In this document: piece by piece, positions 1 to 9,620 of the stretch
Layout of the letters: each line of letters begins with the position of its first letter
Numbering within the stretch: position 1 is the first letter of the stretch
NCBI GenBank assembly: GCA_000004985.1
Contig: GG738963.1
Reading direction: 5' to 3' (one strand)
Source of the DNA: Naegleria gruberi
Taxonomy: Eukaryota
Length of the DNA: 18,443 nucleotides
The notes under the pieces: generated by a model
Databases searched by the model: none
The model's input: only the letters and a program-made list of their open reading frames with translations
What the model was told of the DNA's origin: nothing
Made by a program: the position numbers and the translations under genes

Positions 1-8
1 GTATATCA

Positions 9-1370
9 TCAAGTTAGTAAAATTTCTACATCTGAAAACCATTGAGAATTATTTAACAATCTTGCAAAAAGTCTTTCCTTATTGATTTCTGTTGTTTGAA
101 TAGCACATAAATGCCATCCAGCACAATAAATATCATTAATTCCAAATAAGTTTTTAGAAACAAGCCATGGCGTTCCATTACCTGCATGGACTATTCTATT
201 CTTACACACAGTTCCTGTACTTCCAGTAAATCTACCAACTATAAGAATATGACTTTCTGTAAGAAGAGCAGTATAAGTAGATCCACATCCAATCCGCAAC
301 ACTCTTGAATGATACATTGTTGGTGGAATAATTTCAACAAATTGTCTAACAATATTCGATTGATCTGGAAGCATTCCACATTGAGAATATTGATTGATTC
401 CCATTGCATAAACTTTTCCATCTTGTGTGAGAACGACACAGTGATCAAATCCGCTTTCCAATTGTATGATTTGTGATTTGTTTTCAAAGGTTGTTTCCCT
501 ATATTTAAATCCTTGGTTGTGAGAAATAATCATGGCCAAAATGTAAATCTTATTATCATTTGTGACTACAGCATATTTTGATAGAAATCTCACATTATTC
601 AGTTGACCTACCAAATCGCCGATCTCTGCTTTACCAATACAACCATCCTTCTCCACCAATAGTTCATACTCATCTTGCTTCCTAGTGAGAATATAGGCAC
701 AATCTCCAGTACAACCTCGAGATATGTCAATAATTTCCTTCTCACTTTCCTTACAAAAATCAATTACTTGCACAAGATTTCTCTCATGATTATACACTAC
801 AATAGTCATATCCTTGAAAATGAAATAAAAATACGTTTGATTTGATCCAATCATTATCAAATTTCTCTTTTCGAATCCATTTCTCTCCAAAACTCTGAAA
901 TTTTTCATTGTAAAATCATGTGTTTCAAACTTTGAAGTCCTATACATCTTTACATTCTTCTCCAAATCAATAAATAATTGACAATTTCCCGAACTAACAA
1001 CTTGCACAATAGGACTCGACAATTCAGCAAATTCACTCAGATATGAAACATTCGGAACATAATCCTCTCTCATTAAATTATTATTATCATTATTATTCTC
1101 ATCAATTGAATTCTTTTCCAATGATCCACCCACTATCTGCTTCATCAACGTTCCAAACAACTTCAATGTATTTGCATCATCGTGATCATCATACATATCA
1201 CGTTGACTGCTTTTTGTATGTAAATCTATTCGGTGCCAATCCTTAAAGTGACTCGTTGCAAAATAACCGAAATATGAACCCATCACTAGTAAATTATTGG
1301 GAAATCTCTCGTAATGAAAATGCTGCTCCGAAGGATTGGATCTAATAATACTAGATGAACTTTGACCCAT
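9..1370 (-). CDS. RCC1-like repeat (beta-propeller) protein with an N-terminal myristoylation motif. Single exon, complete, 453 aa.
   Basis: Uninterrupted minus-strand ORF from ATG (1368-1370, A-rich context aataataaaaaATGG) to TGA (9-11). The N-terminus MGQSSSS fits the N-myristoylation consensus M-G-x-x-x-S. The C-terminal half carries RCC1-type blades: GFDHCVVLTQDGKVYAMGINQYSQCG, IGCGSTYTALLTESHILIVG, YCAGWHLCAIQ. Weaker blades lie upstream. There is an Asn-rich tract ENNNDNNN. Diverse composition and codon usage match the other genes. Confidence 0.55.
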   Translation of the reverse strand: MGQSSSSIIRSNPSEQHFHYERFPNNLLVMGSYFGYFATSHFKDWHRIDLHTKSSQRDMYDDHDDANTLKLFGTLMKQIVGGSLEKNSIDENNNDNNNLMREDYVPNVSYLSEFAELSSPIVQVVSSGNCQLFIDLEKNVKMYRTSKFETHDFTMKNFRVLERNGFEKRNLIMIGSNQTYFYFIFKDMTIVVYNHERNLVQVIDFCKESEKEIIDISRGCTGDCAYILTRKQDEYELLVEKDGCIGKAEIGDLVGQLNNVRFLSKYAVVTNDNKIYILAMIISHNQGFKYRETTFENKSQIIQLESGFDHCVVLTQDGKVYAMGINQYSQCGMLPDQSNIVRQFVEIIPPTMYHSRVLRIGCGSTYTALLTESHILIVGRFTGSTGTVCKNRIVHAGNGTPWLVSKNLFGINDIYCAGWHLCAIQTTEINKERLFARLLNNSQWFSDVEILLT

Positions 1371-2615
1371 TTTTTATTATTCTTGTAAAGTGGATGACCA
1401 ATCTTTTTGCGCCATTTTTTTAATGTAATAATATGAGAATTTCATCATTGTTTGGCTTGATGGGAAGAAATATTTCATCATCAACTATACAATTCCCAAG
1501 TTTGTATAATGATTTATTAAATTCTAATGCAATCATTAGTACAACACCTTCTATTGGAAGTGGTTTTAGAGAGCCATTTCAGTTGAGATTGTCCTCTAAG
1601 GGTTCTCTGGAAATTTATGGAACTGGTACATTGAGTACCGGCTTTGTTTAACATCGAATCCTATTTATTGGTACTGCTCCTTTTCGTTTCCTTATGCAAA
1701 ATAATGGTGATGCCATTCTCTATGGAAAGGGTGAATCAATTTTTAATAGAACTTCTACAAGATTAGTTGAAATACTTGGACTGGGGAACATTGTGACGAT
1801 TATTCATGTTTTGGCTATTGTTATGGATTATACTAGATAAGAGTGTTTGTTCTGGAAGACGTGTTACTGTATTACTGGATATTCAGTAAGATCATGTTCA
1901 GATTATTAGTGTAATCGAATTCTCTATTCTGAAACAACCAATACATAGCTCTGTAGTGGAAAAGGTTCTTGTGACTGATTCTCTTGTTCTGGACACGTTT
2001 TTTGTCTTGGTCCAGATCATTGTGGATGCTTTAATACTGCAATATATTGAACTATTCTCTTGCAATTAATAGGATGAGGAAGAAAATTGTGGAGTGGAAG
2101 AGGATGTTCTCTTGCAAGTGTAGATTTAACTTCATATCTTGTACTTGGCTTCGTGGATCTTGTTGTTCAATAGTACTGCTGCTTGCTTGTTGTTACATCT
2201 CCTTCCTTATCATTTTCAATTAATGTTATTTATTGGTTATTTTAATTAATATTACGAAGACTGAACACTATTGAGCCAGGCACCTATACGTATATTGTTT
2301 CAATTTCGTACACTGTTTGCATTCTGACATTTAGTGTAATGGATTAGTTGCATAGTCGTTCTTGGATCATAAAAATAAGAAGTGGAAGAAGAATTCATTC
2401 CTCTGTCTTTTGAAGGAAACATTCAGAACTCAAAACAGAGAAACCAAACGAAATACAAGTAACCAAGCAAAGTGTTTCTGATTGTTTTGATTTATTGGTG
2501 ATACCTTTTCAAGATTCATTCACACTCCAGAATTTAGAATCTACAAGAAGGCAAAAGATCTTCAGAATATACTAGTAGAACGAGCTACTATTGTTTATGG
2601 TATTTAATAAATTCA

Positions 2616-2879
2616 TCAATCTTGGGGTTGTTTTTCAACAAAGGCGCTTGCTAACAATTCTTTCTCTGAATCAATTCTCTTCAAAAGTTTGAATGGTTCA
2701 GATACACTGAAGCGAGAATAGGTATCCAACAAGTTATACAATAATTCCATTTCCAAGTCATTGACAACCTTGATCACATCACTCAATTTGTCAGAAGAAG
2801 GCAAAGTTGGGGTGGAATCAACAATTTCCAATTGATAAAGATAAGCCTTCTTGGTATTTGCTGAAACGTTTACAGCCAT
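2616..2879 (-). CDS. Hypothetical small acidic protein (87 aa).
   Basis: ATG-to-TGA ORF with non-low-complexity, probably helical, acidic composition (MAVNVSANTKKAYLYQLEIVDSTPTLPSSDKLSDVIKVV...). I recognise no domain. An out-of-frame ATG lies 14 nt upstream and the start context is weak. ORFs of this length arise by chance a few times in an AT-rich window of this size. Confidence 0.25.
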   Translation of the reverse strand: MAVNVSANTKKAYLYQLEIVDSTPTLPSSDKLSDVIKVVNDLEMELLYNLLDTYSRFSVSEPFKLLKRIDSEKELLASAFVEKQPQD

Positions 2880-3195
2880 TGAGGATGAATCATTTAAATA
2901 AATAGAATTCCATCTAGAATATTCCTGCTTAAAGTCATGGTATCATTAAATTGTGGAAATAGTCCTAACTCCCACCCAATTAGTCCCACCCTTATTTAAC
3001 CTTTTTTACGCTCTCAATGATTCTTGGTAAGTTTTCATTGAAGTGAGGTTTCAGATGTCATCGAATGTTATCTTTATTTATTTTAATTTCAGTTTAGTTT
3101 ATCCCATCTTATTCGAATCTCCTATTTTTTTTCTTATCTTTACTATAAGTTTTTATAAGAGCCATATTTATTCTCGGGTTGACCTGCTAATAAAG

Positions 3196-3405
3196 ATTTA
3201 TATCCATTATGAAAATCAAAAAGAAAAACAGCCACAAGAAAACAACTTGACTGAGAAATCATTGTATGGTGCTATATTTTCAGTACTTGAATCANAGCAT
3301 CAAATGGACCTGTTCAAAGCATATTGTAAAGCAGAATTTTCTTTGGAGAATTTGTACTTGTTCTTAAATATCTACCATTTGAAAAAACGAAACAAGTGGC
3401 TGTTA
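3196..3405 (+). CDS. Regulator of G-protein signalling (RGS-box) protein, partial exon truncated by the N-run. 5' boundary and phase uncertain.
   Basis: The translation SLYGAIFSVLESxHQMDLFKAYCKAEFSLENLYLFLNIYHLKK matches the start of the RGS box (F..FL..EFSEENL.FW core). The ORF-track N-terminus before ~3150 (MRFQMSSNVIFIYFNFSLVYPILF...) is hydrophobic junk from a T-rich polypyrimidine tract ending in AG acceptor candidates (3146-3151 tataag, 3190-3195 aataaag). The true exon most likely begins at one of these. The ATG at 3209 is out of frame. The exon runs into the gap at 3406. Confidence 0.5.
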
Positions 3406-6400
3406 NNNNNNNNNNNNNNNNNNNNNNNNNNNNNNNNNNNNNNNNNNNNNNNNNNNNNNNNNNNNNNNNNNNNNNNNNNNNNNNNNNNNNNNNNNNNNNN
3501 NNNNNNNNNNNNNNNNNNNNNNNNNNNNNNNNNNNNNNNNNNNNNNNNNNNNNNNNNNNNNNNNNNNNNNNNNNNNNNNNNNNNNNNNNNNNNNNNNNNN
3601 NNNNNNNNNNNNNNNNNNNNNNNNNNNNNNNNNNNNNNNNNNNNNNNNNNNNNNNNNNNNNNNNNNNNNNNNNNNNNNNNNNNNNNNNNNNNNNNNNNNN
3701 NNNNNNNNNNNNNNNNNNNNNNNNNNNNNNNNNNNNNNNNNNNNNNNNNNNNNNNNNNNNNNNNNNNNNNNNNNNNNNNNNNNNNNNNNNNNNNNNNNNN
3801 NNNNNNNNNNNNNNNNNNNNNNNNNNNNNNNNNNNNNNNNNNNNNNNNNNNNNNNNNNNNNNNNNNNNNNNNNNNNNNNNNNNNNNNNNNNNNNNNNNNN
3901 NNNNNNNNNNNNNNNNNNNNNNNNNNNNNNNNNNNNNNNNNNNNNNNNNNNNNNNNNNNNNNNNNNNNNNNNNNNNNNNNNNNNNNNNNNNNNNNNNNNN
4001 NNNNNNNNNNNNNNNNNNNNNNNNNNNNNNNNNNNNNNNNNNNNNNNNNNNNNNNNNNNNNNNNNNNNNNNNNNNNNNNNNNNNNNNNNNNNNNNNNNNN
4101 NNNNNNNNNNNNNNNNNNNNNNNNNNNNNNNNNNNNNNNNNNNNNNNNNNNNNNNNNNNNNNNNNNNNNNNNNNNNNNNNNNNNNNNNNNNNNNNNNNNN
4201 NNNNNNNNNNNNNNNNNNNNNNNNNNNNNNNNNNNNNNNNNNNNNNNNNNNNNNNNNNNNNNNNNNNNNNNNNNNNNNNNNNNNNNNNNNNNNNNNNNNN
4301 NNNNNNNNNNNNNNNNNNNNNNNNNNNNNNNNNNNNNNNNNNNNNNNNNNNNNNNNNNNNNNNNNNNNNNNNNNNNNNNNNNNNNNNNNNNNNNNNNNNN
4401 NNNNNNNNNNNNNNNNNNNNNNNNNNNNNNNNNNNNNNNNNNNNNNNNNNNNNNNNNNNNNNNNNNNNNNNNNNNNNNNNNNNNNNNNNNNNNNNNNNNN
4501 NNNNNNNNNNNNNNNNNNNNNNNNNNNNNNNNNNNNNNNNNNNNNNNNNNNNNNNNNNNNNNNNNNNNNNNNNNNNNNNNNNNNNNNNNNNNNNNNNNNN
4601 NNNNNNNNNNNNNNNNNNNNNNNNNNNNNNNNNNNNNNNNNNNNNNNNNNNNNNNNNNNNNNNNNNNNNNNNNNNNNNNNNNNNNNNNNNNNNNNNNNNN
4701 NNNNNNNNNNNNNNNNNNNNNNNNNNNNNNNNNNNNNNNNNNNNNNNNNNNNNNNNNNNNNNNNNNNNNNNNNNNNNNNNNNNNNNNNNNNNNNNNNNNN
4801 NNNNNNNNNNNNNNNNNNNNNNNNNNNNNNNNNNNNNNNNNNNNNNNNNNNNNNNNNNNNNNNNNNNNNNNNNNNNNNNNNNNNNNNNNNNNNNNNNNNN
4901 NNNNNNNNNNNNNNNNNNNNNNNNNNNNNNNNNNNNNNNNNNNNNNNNNNNNNNNNNNNNNNNNNNNNNNNNNNNNNNNNNNNNNNNNNNNNNNNNNNNN
5001 NNNNNNNNNNNNNNNNNNNNNNNNNNNNNNNNNNNNNNNNNNNNNNNNNNNNNNNNNNNNNNNNNNNNNNNNNNNNNNNNNNNNNNNNNNNNNNNNNNNN
5101 NNNNNNNNNNNNNNNNNNNNNNNNNNNNNNNNNNNNNNNNNNNNNNNNNNNNNNNNNNNNNNNNNNNNNNNNNNNNNNNNNNNNNNNNNNNNNNNNNNNN
5201 NNNNNNNNNNNNNNNNNNNNNNNNNNNNNNNNNNNNNNNNNNNNNNNNNNNNNNNNNNNNNNNNNNNNNNNNNNNNNNNNNNNNNNNNNNNNNNNNNNNN
5301 NNNNNNNNNNNNNNNNNNNNNNNNNNNNNNNNNNNNNNNNNNNNNNNNNNNNNNNNNNNNNNNNNNNNNNNNNNNNNNNNNNNNNNNNNNNNNNNNNNNN
5401 NNNNNNNNNNNNNNNNNNNNNNNNNNNNNNNNNNNNNNNNNNNNNNNNNNNNNNNNNNNNNNNNNNNNNNNNNNNNNNNNNNNNNNNNNNNNNNNNNNNN
5501 NNNNNNNNNNNNNNNNNNNNNNNNNNNNNNNNNNNNNNNNNNNNNNNNNNNNNNNNNNNNNNNNNNNNNNNNNNNNNNNNNNNNNNNNNNNNNNNNNNNN
5601 NNNNNNNNNNNNNNNNNNNNNNNNNNNNNNNNNNNNNNNNNNNNNNNNNNNNNNNNNNNNNNNNNNNNNNNNNNNNNNNNNNNNNNNNNNNNNNNNNNNN
5701 NNNNNNNNNNNNNNNNNNNNNNNNNNNNNNNNNNNNNNNNNNNNNNNNNNNNNNNNNNNNNNNNNNNNNNNNNNNNNNNNNNNNNNNNNNNNNNNNNNNN
5801 NNNNNNNNNNNNNNNNNNNNNNNNNNNNNNNNNNNNNNNNNNNNNNNNNNNNNNNNNNNNNNNNNNNNNNNNNNNNNNNNNNNNNNNNNNNNNNNNNNNN
5901 NNNNNNNNNNNNNNNNNNNNNNNNNNNNNNNNNNNNNNNNNNNNNNNNNNNNNNNNNNNNNNNNNNNNNNNNNNNNNNNNNNNNNNNNNNNNNNNNNNNN
6001 NNNNNNNNNNNNNNNNNNNNNNNNNNNNNNNNNNNNNNNNNNNNNNNNNNNNNNNNNNNNNNNNNNNNNNNNNNNNNNNNNNNNNNNNNNNNNNNNNNNN
6101 NNNNNNNNNNNNNNNNNNNNNNNNNNNNNNNNNNNNNNNNNNNNNNNNNNNNNNNNNNNNNNNNNNNNNNNNNNNNNNNNNNNNNNNNNNNNNNNNNNNN
6201 NNNNNNNNNNNNNNNNNNNNNNNNNNNNNNNNNNNNNNNNNNNNNNNNNNNNNNNNNNNNNNNNNNNNNNNNNNNNNNNNNNNNNNNNNNNNNNNNNNNN
6301 NNNNNNNNNNNNNNNNNNNNNNNNNNNNNNNNNNNNNNNNNNNNNNNNNNNNNNNNNNNNNNNNNNNNNNNNNNNNNNNNNNNNNNNNNNNNNNNNNNNN

Positions 6401-6494
6401 NNNNNNNNNNNNNNNNNNNNNNNNNNNNNNNNNNNNNNNNNNNNNNNNNNNNNNNNNNNNNNNNNNNNNNNNNNNNNNNNNNNNNNNNNNNNNN
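3406..6494. other. N-run (3089 nt): assembly gap or masked sequence.
   Basis: Uninterrupted run of n. The non-round length suggests an estimated scaffold gap or deliberate masking. An isolated n at 3295 lies 110 nt upstream, consistent with low-quality contig ends. Confidence 0.95.
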
Positions 6495-6767
6495 GGCAAT
6501 TGTATTGCATGTGAAGCAAAGAAGAATAATGAAACAAGCAATCGTTAGAAGAAATAGTTCAGTAGAAATCAAGGAGGTGGAATATCGTTTGTGAGGAGTT
6601 GATGTTGTTGGCATGTTTTGAAGTTTTTTTAGTTGGTGTGTGGATTGAGTCCAACCAGCTTAAAATCTGGATTTCATGCCTCACTGTTTGATGCCATATT
6701 GTGTTGAAATGTGACATGAAAGAAATCAAGGTATTTCCCAAATTCCTCTTAAGGGCTCCATGTTCAC

Positions 6768-6773
6768 AATAAA
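6768..6773 (+). promoter_or_regulatory. Candidate poly(A) signal AATAAA downstream of the gap-1 (RGS) gene.
   Basis: Canonical hexamer about 175 nt after the TGA at 6592-6594 that closes the post-gap reading frame. The link to the RGS gene is unproven. Confidence 0.2.
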
Positions 6774-7255
6774 ATCAACAGAAATGTTGCAATTTCAGAC
6801 AAGTGTAAAGAATTAATACAAAATCGAATAGAATTTACAACTGGCTACTGAACTACTTATTCTTTAATATTTCCTTGGCTAACAAGACGCTAGTCTTCCA
6901 GCTTCACGACAAGGATATGTTTTACACCTATTGATGACCGTTAAAATTAAACTGTAATACCTGCAATGTTTAAATTATTTCAAAAGTTGGCGCCAATTTC
7001 TAAATTAATCCATCTCCATTAGCTCTACAGTCATAAACATGTACGGTTTTCTTAGCGATGCGAAATCTATCCGAATTGACCTTAATTTTCATTTACTGTA
7101 CGTCCTTGCTTTGAAAAATAGCGCACGCACCTTGTAACCATTAGCCAACATTCCAGCTAACGATTCTGGACAAGTGTGTTCTTGGTAAATTACTTCAAAT
7201 AGAGCAATTAATAATTCCGAATTGAAGAAAACAAAAACAAACAAAAATTCAAAAC

Positions 7256-7403
7256 ATGTCCAACACCATTACCACTCAAACTCTTATTTATTCCTCCTAT
7301 CCGGAAGGACTCGTCAAGGAATCTGATTTTACCTACAATGCAGCACTTGAAATTGATTCCACCTTGCAAGCAGATGAAATTCTTGTTGAATTGTTGCATT
7401 TGA
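7256..7403 (+). CDS. PTGR1-like: Prostaglandin reductase 1 / LTB4 12-hydroxydehydrogenase / zeta-crystallin family NADP-dependent alkenal-enone reductase, exon 1 (ends in phase 1).
   Basis: ATG in an A-rich context (caaaaattcaaaacATG). The translation MSNTITTQTLIYSSYPEGLVKESDFTYNAALEIDSTLQADEILVELLHL aligns to the PTGR1 N-terminus (...[36 protein letters not shown]). A GTAAGT donor lies at 7404. Confidence 0.8.
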
Positions 7404-7496
7404 GTAAGTTGTTGCAATCATGACCATCAATTGACCATCATCATTAACTTCAACTGTTTTTATTCATCAACATATTCTTTATAATAATTGCAATAG
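7404..7496 (+). other. Spliceosomal intron (93 nt, phase 1) of the PTGR1-like gene.
   Basis: It starts with GTAAGT and ends with aataattgcaatAG. Splicing joins a(7403) to gt(7497-7498) to make Ser. This restores the conserved family motif HLS-VDPYMR in frame with the long downstream ORF. Confidence 0.8.
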
Positions 7497-8404
7497 GTGT
7501 TGATCCATACATGAGAGGAAGAATGTCAAAGAATGTTCCAAAAGGATATTTCCCAGCTTTCGAAATTGGTAAACCAATCAATGGTGGAGGTGTTGCCAAA
7601 GTATTGAAATCCAATCATGAAAACTTCAAGGAAGGTGATGTCTTGTTGGGTTATTTCGATTGGCAAAAGATTCAGAAGGTCAAGATTTCTGGAGAAGCCT
7701 TCTTAAAGAACTATGTCAAGATAGATGCTAGTATTCCACTTCCATTGTCTTATTATCTTGGTGTTTTGGGAATGCCTGGAATGACTGCTTATTTTGGATT
7801 CTTGGATATTTGTCAACCAAAGGAAGGTGAAGTTGTAGTTGTTTCAGCTGCTTCTGGAGCTGTTGGTTCACTTGTTGGTCAACTTGCCAAGATTAAGGGA
7901 TGCAAGGTTATTGGTATTTCTGGATCCACTGAAAATGTTCAACATCTCAAGGATTTAGGTTTCGACGAAATTATCAATTATAAGGATTTCAATAACGATA
8001 CAAATGCCTTAAAGGAAGCTATTGAAAAGGCAGCTCTTCCAAAGACTGGAGTTGATTGCTACTTTGATAATGTTGGTGGATTTGTCTTGGATGCAGTAAC
8101 CTTGTCCATGAACAGATACGGAAGAATTTCTTGTTGTGGATCAATTAGTGAATACAATGGACAAAAGGATTTGGGACCAAGATTAAACTCTGTCTACGTA
8201 GTCAGAGAATTAAAGATTCAAGGTTTCATTGTTGGATCCTTCTACCATAGATTGGATGAAGGAGTCAAAGCCATGACGAAATGGGTCCTTGAAGGAAAGT
8301 TGAAAGTTTTGGAGAGTAAGGTAGCAGGACTGGAAAATATTCCAAAAGCTTTGATCAAACTCTTTACAGGAGATAAGGTCGGAAAGATGATCATTGATGT
8401 TTAA
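7497..8404 (+). CDS. PTGR1-like: PTGR1-like reductase, exon 2 to TAA stop. Whole protein about 351 aa.
   Basis: Family landmarks: VDPYMRGRM, GMPGMTAYFGFLDICQPKEGEVVVVSAASGAVGSLVGQLAKIKGCKVIGISGS (Rossmann-type NADP site, compare human [23 protein letters not shown]), CYFDNVGG, and a C-terminus KWVLEGKL...GKMIIDV that parallels human KWVLEGKIQY...GKTIVKA. Stop TAA at 8402-8404. Confidence 0.88.
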
Positions 8405-8583
8405 GCAGTTTATTAATTGTAGAGTAGTCCTATGTGTGTAAATATTTGAGAAATATAAAGTCATTCTTATTATTTGAAAATCAACTTTCCTATTTCGAGA
8501 TACAAGATCAATTCTATCCTGAGTCCTTAGAATGAGAATGTCATCAAGTCAAATGTCAAAATTGCAAACAAATCAAAGAAAAA

Positions 8584-8736
8584 ATGGTCTTTACATCTAC
8601 CTTTCCACCCTGCGAGTTGATAGAAAATACACCAATCTCTCACATCATTATTGAAAAATGTAAAGAACATGGTGATCGTATTGCTCTCGTTGATGGATCA
8701 GTATCGGAAGATAACAAGAATCAATATTCCACATTA
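8584..8736 (+). CDS. 4CL-like: 4-coumarate-CoA ligase-like / firefly-luciferase-family (ANL) acyl-CoA synthetase, N-terminal segment in frame 1, before a +1 frameshift.
   Basis: MVFTSTFPPCELIENTPISHIIIEKCKEHGDRIALVDGSVSEDNKNQYS aligns to 4CL N-termini ([45 protein letters not shown]). The frame then hits TAG at 8764 while the homologous sequence continues in the +1 frame from 8738. Confidence 0.75.
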
Positions 8737-8737
8737 A

Positions 8738-9620
8738 CATTCTCAACTTGCTTCCCTGATCATTAGAGTGGGAAATAATCTTCATGATGAATACCATTTG
8801 AAAAAGAATGACATGATTGCTGTCATGTTACCAAATCTTCCACTTTTCCCTGTTCTCTTCCACGGAATTAGTTATGTCGGAGGAATTGTGACAACCTTGA
8901 ATCCATTGTACAGTTATGAAGAGATTCAAAGTCAGTTGGCTGATAGTGGGGCCATCATGATGATCACTTCAAAGGATTTTCTTGAAAAGGCCCAAAAAAG
9001 CATTGAAAATACGAAAGTTAAACAATTATTTGTATTGGACTTGAAGGATGAGATTGTGGAAAATGTGTTAAAAGTGGAAGAAACATTATTGAAAGAATCT
9101 GTCAGAACAGAAATGATCAATACTGTTTCATTCAATACAAAGGAAGATGTTTTTGCAGTTCCATACAGTTCTGGAACTGTTGGCTTATGCAAGGGAGTTT
9201 GTTTGACTCATTTCAATACACTCAGTAATATTTTACAATTCAGATGTTCAGTAGAGAAGATTTCCTCTGGGGATTGTACTATTGCTGTGTTGCCATTCTT
9301 TCATATTTATGGATTGACTCTTATTTGCAATGCAGCTCTCTATGAGGGAGCCAAGGTTGTAACAATGGCAAGATTTGATTTGGAAACGTTTTTGAGGAAT
9401 ATTCAAACTCATCAAGTGACTAGAATTCACCTTGTTCCACCAATAATGATTGCTCTCGCCAAGCACCCATTGATTGAAAAGTATAATCTCACCTCAATCA
9501 AGACACTCGTGTCTGCAGCTGCTCCATTATCTGCAGAGGTTGCAAGTATGGTCAGTAAGAGATTGAATGTTATTGTAAAACAGGGATATGGACTTACTGA
9601 AACAGGACCAGTTTGTTGTG
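8738..9620 (+). CDS. 4CL-like: 4CL-like acyl-CoA synthetase, central segment (frame +1 relative to the N-terminal segment) up to the splice donor.
   Basis: (H)SQLASLIIRVGNNLHDEYHLKKNDMIAVMLPNLPLFPVLFHGISYVGGIVTTLNPLYSYEEI matches 4CL [32 protein letters not shown]...ANP. The AMP-binding P-loop is VPYSSGTVGLCKGV (9158-9196). Other landmarks are LPFFHIYGL, VPPIMIALAKHP and GYGLTETGPV. The exon ends at g9620 (phase 1) before the GTAGGT donor. Confidence 0.85.

Noticed and set aside
239-487. Minus-strand 82-aa ORF, and the +67-aa ORF at 1043-1246
   Set aside because: They are alternative-frame or antisense ORFs inside the well-supported RCC1-like CDS.
1433-1651. Plus-strand 72-aa Ser-rich ORF
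   Set aside because: It is low-complexity, sits in the promoter region of the minus-strand RCC1-like gene and has no supporting signals.
3043-3195. ORF-track N-terminus MRFQMSSNVIFIYFNFSLVYPILFESPIFFLIF... of the 1183-aa ORF
   Set aside because: This is a hydrophobic, low-complexity translation of a T-rich polypyrimidine tract that ends in AG acceptors. It looks like intron or 5' flank, not coding sequence.
6495-6594. Post-gap fragment AIVLHVKQRRIMKQAIVRRNSSVEIKEVEYRL* apparently in frame with the RGS ORF
   Set aside because: Frame continuity across an n-run of estimated length is meaningless. It is short and has no recognisable motif. I kept it only as a possible 3' end with an AATAAA at 6768.
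3314-6614. Giant ORFs (1044-1183 aa) on both strands spanning the N-run
   Set aside because: They are artefacts of translating n as X. They carry no information.
6559-6741. Minus-strand 60-aa ORF starting MGNTL
   Set aside because: It is short and partly low-complexity. It lies in a probable 3' UTR or spacer and has no homology I recognise.
7208-7417. Minus-strand 69-aa ORF
   Set aside because: It is antisense to PTGR1-like exon 1 and its start region. The sense-strand homology is decisive.
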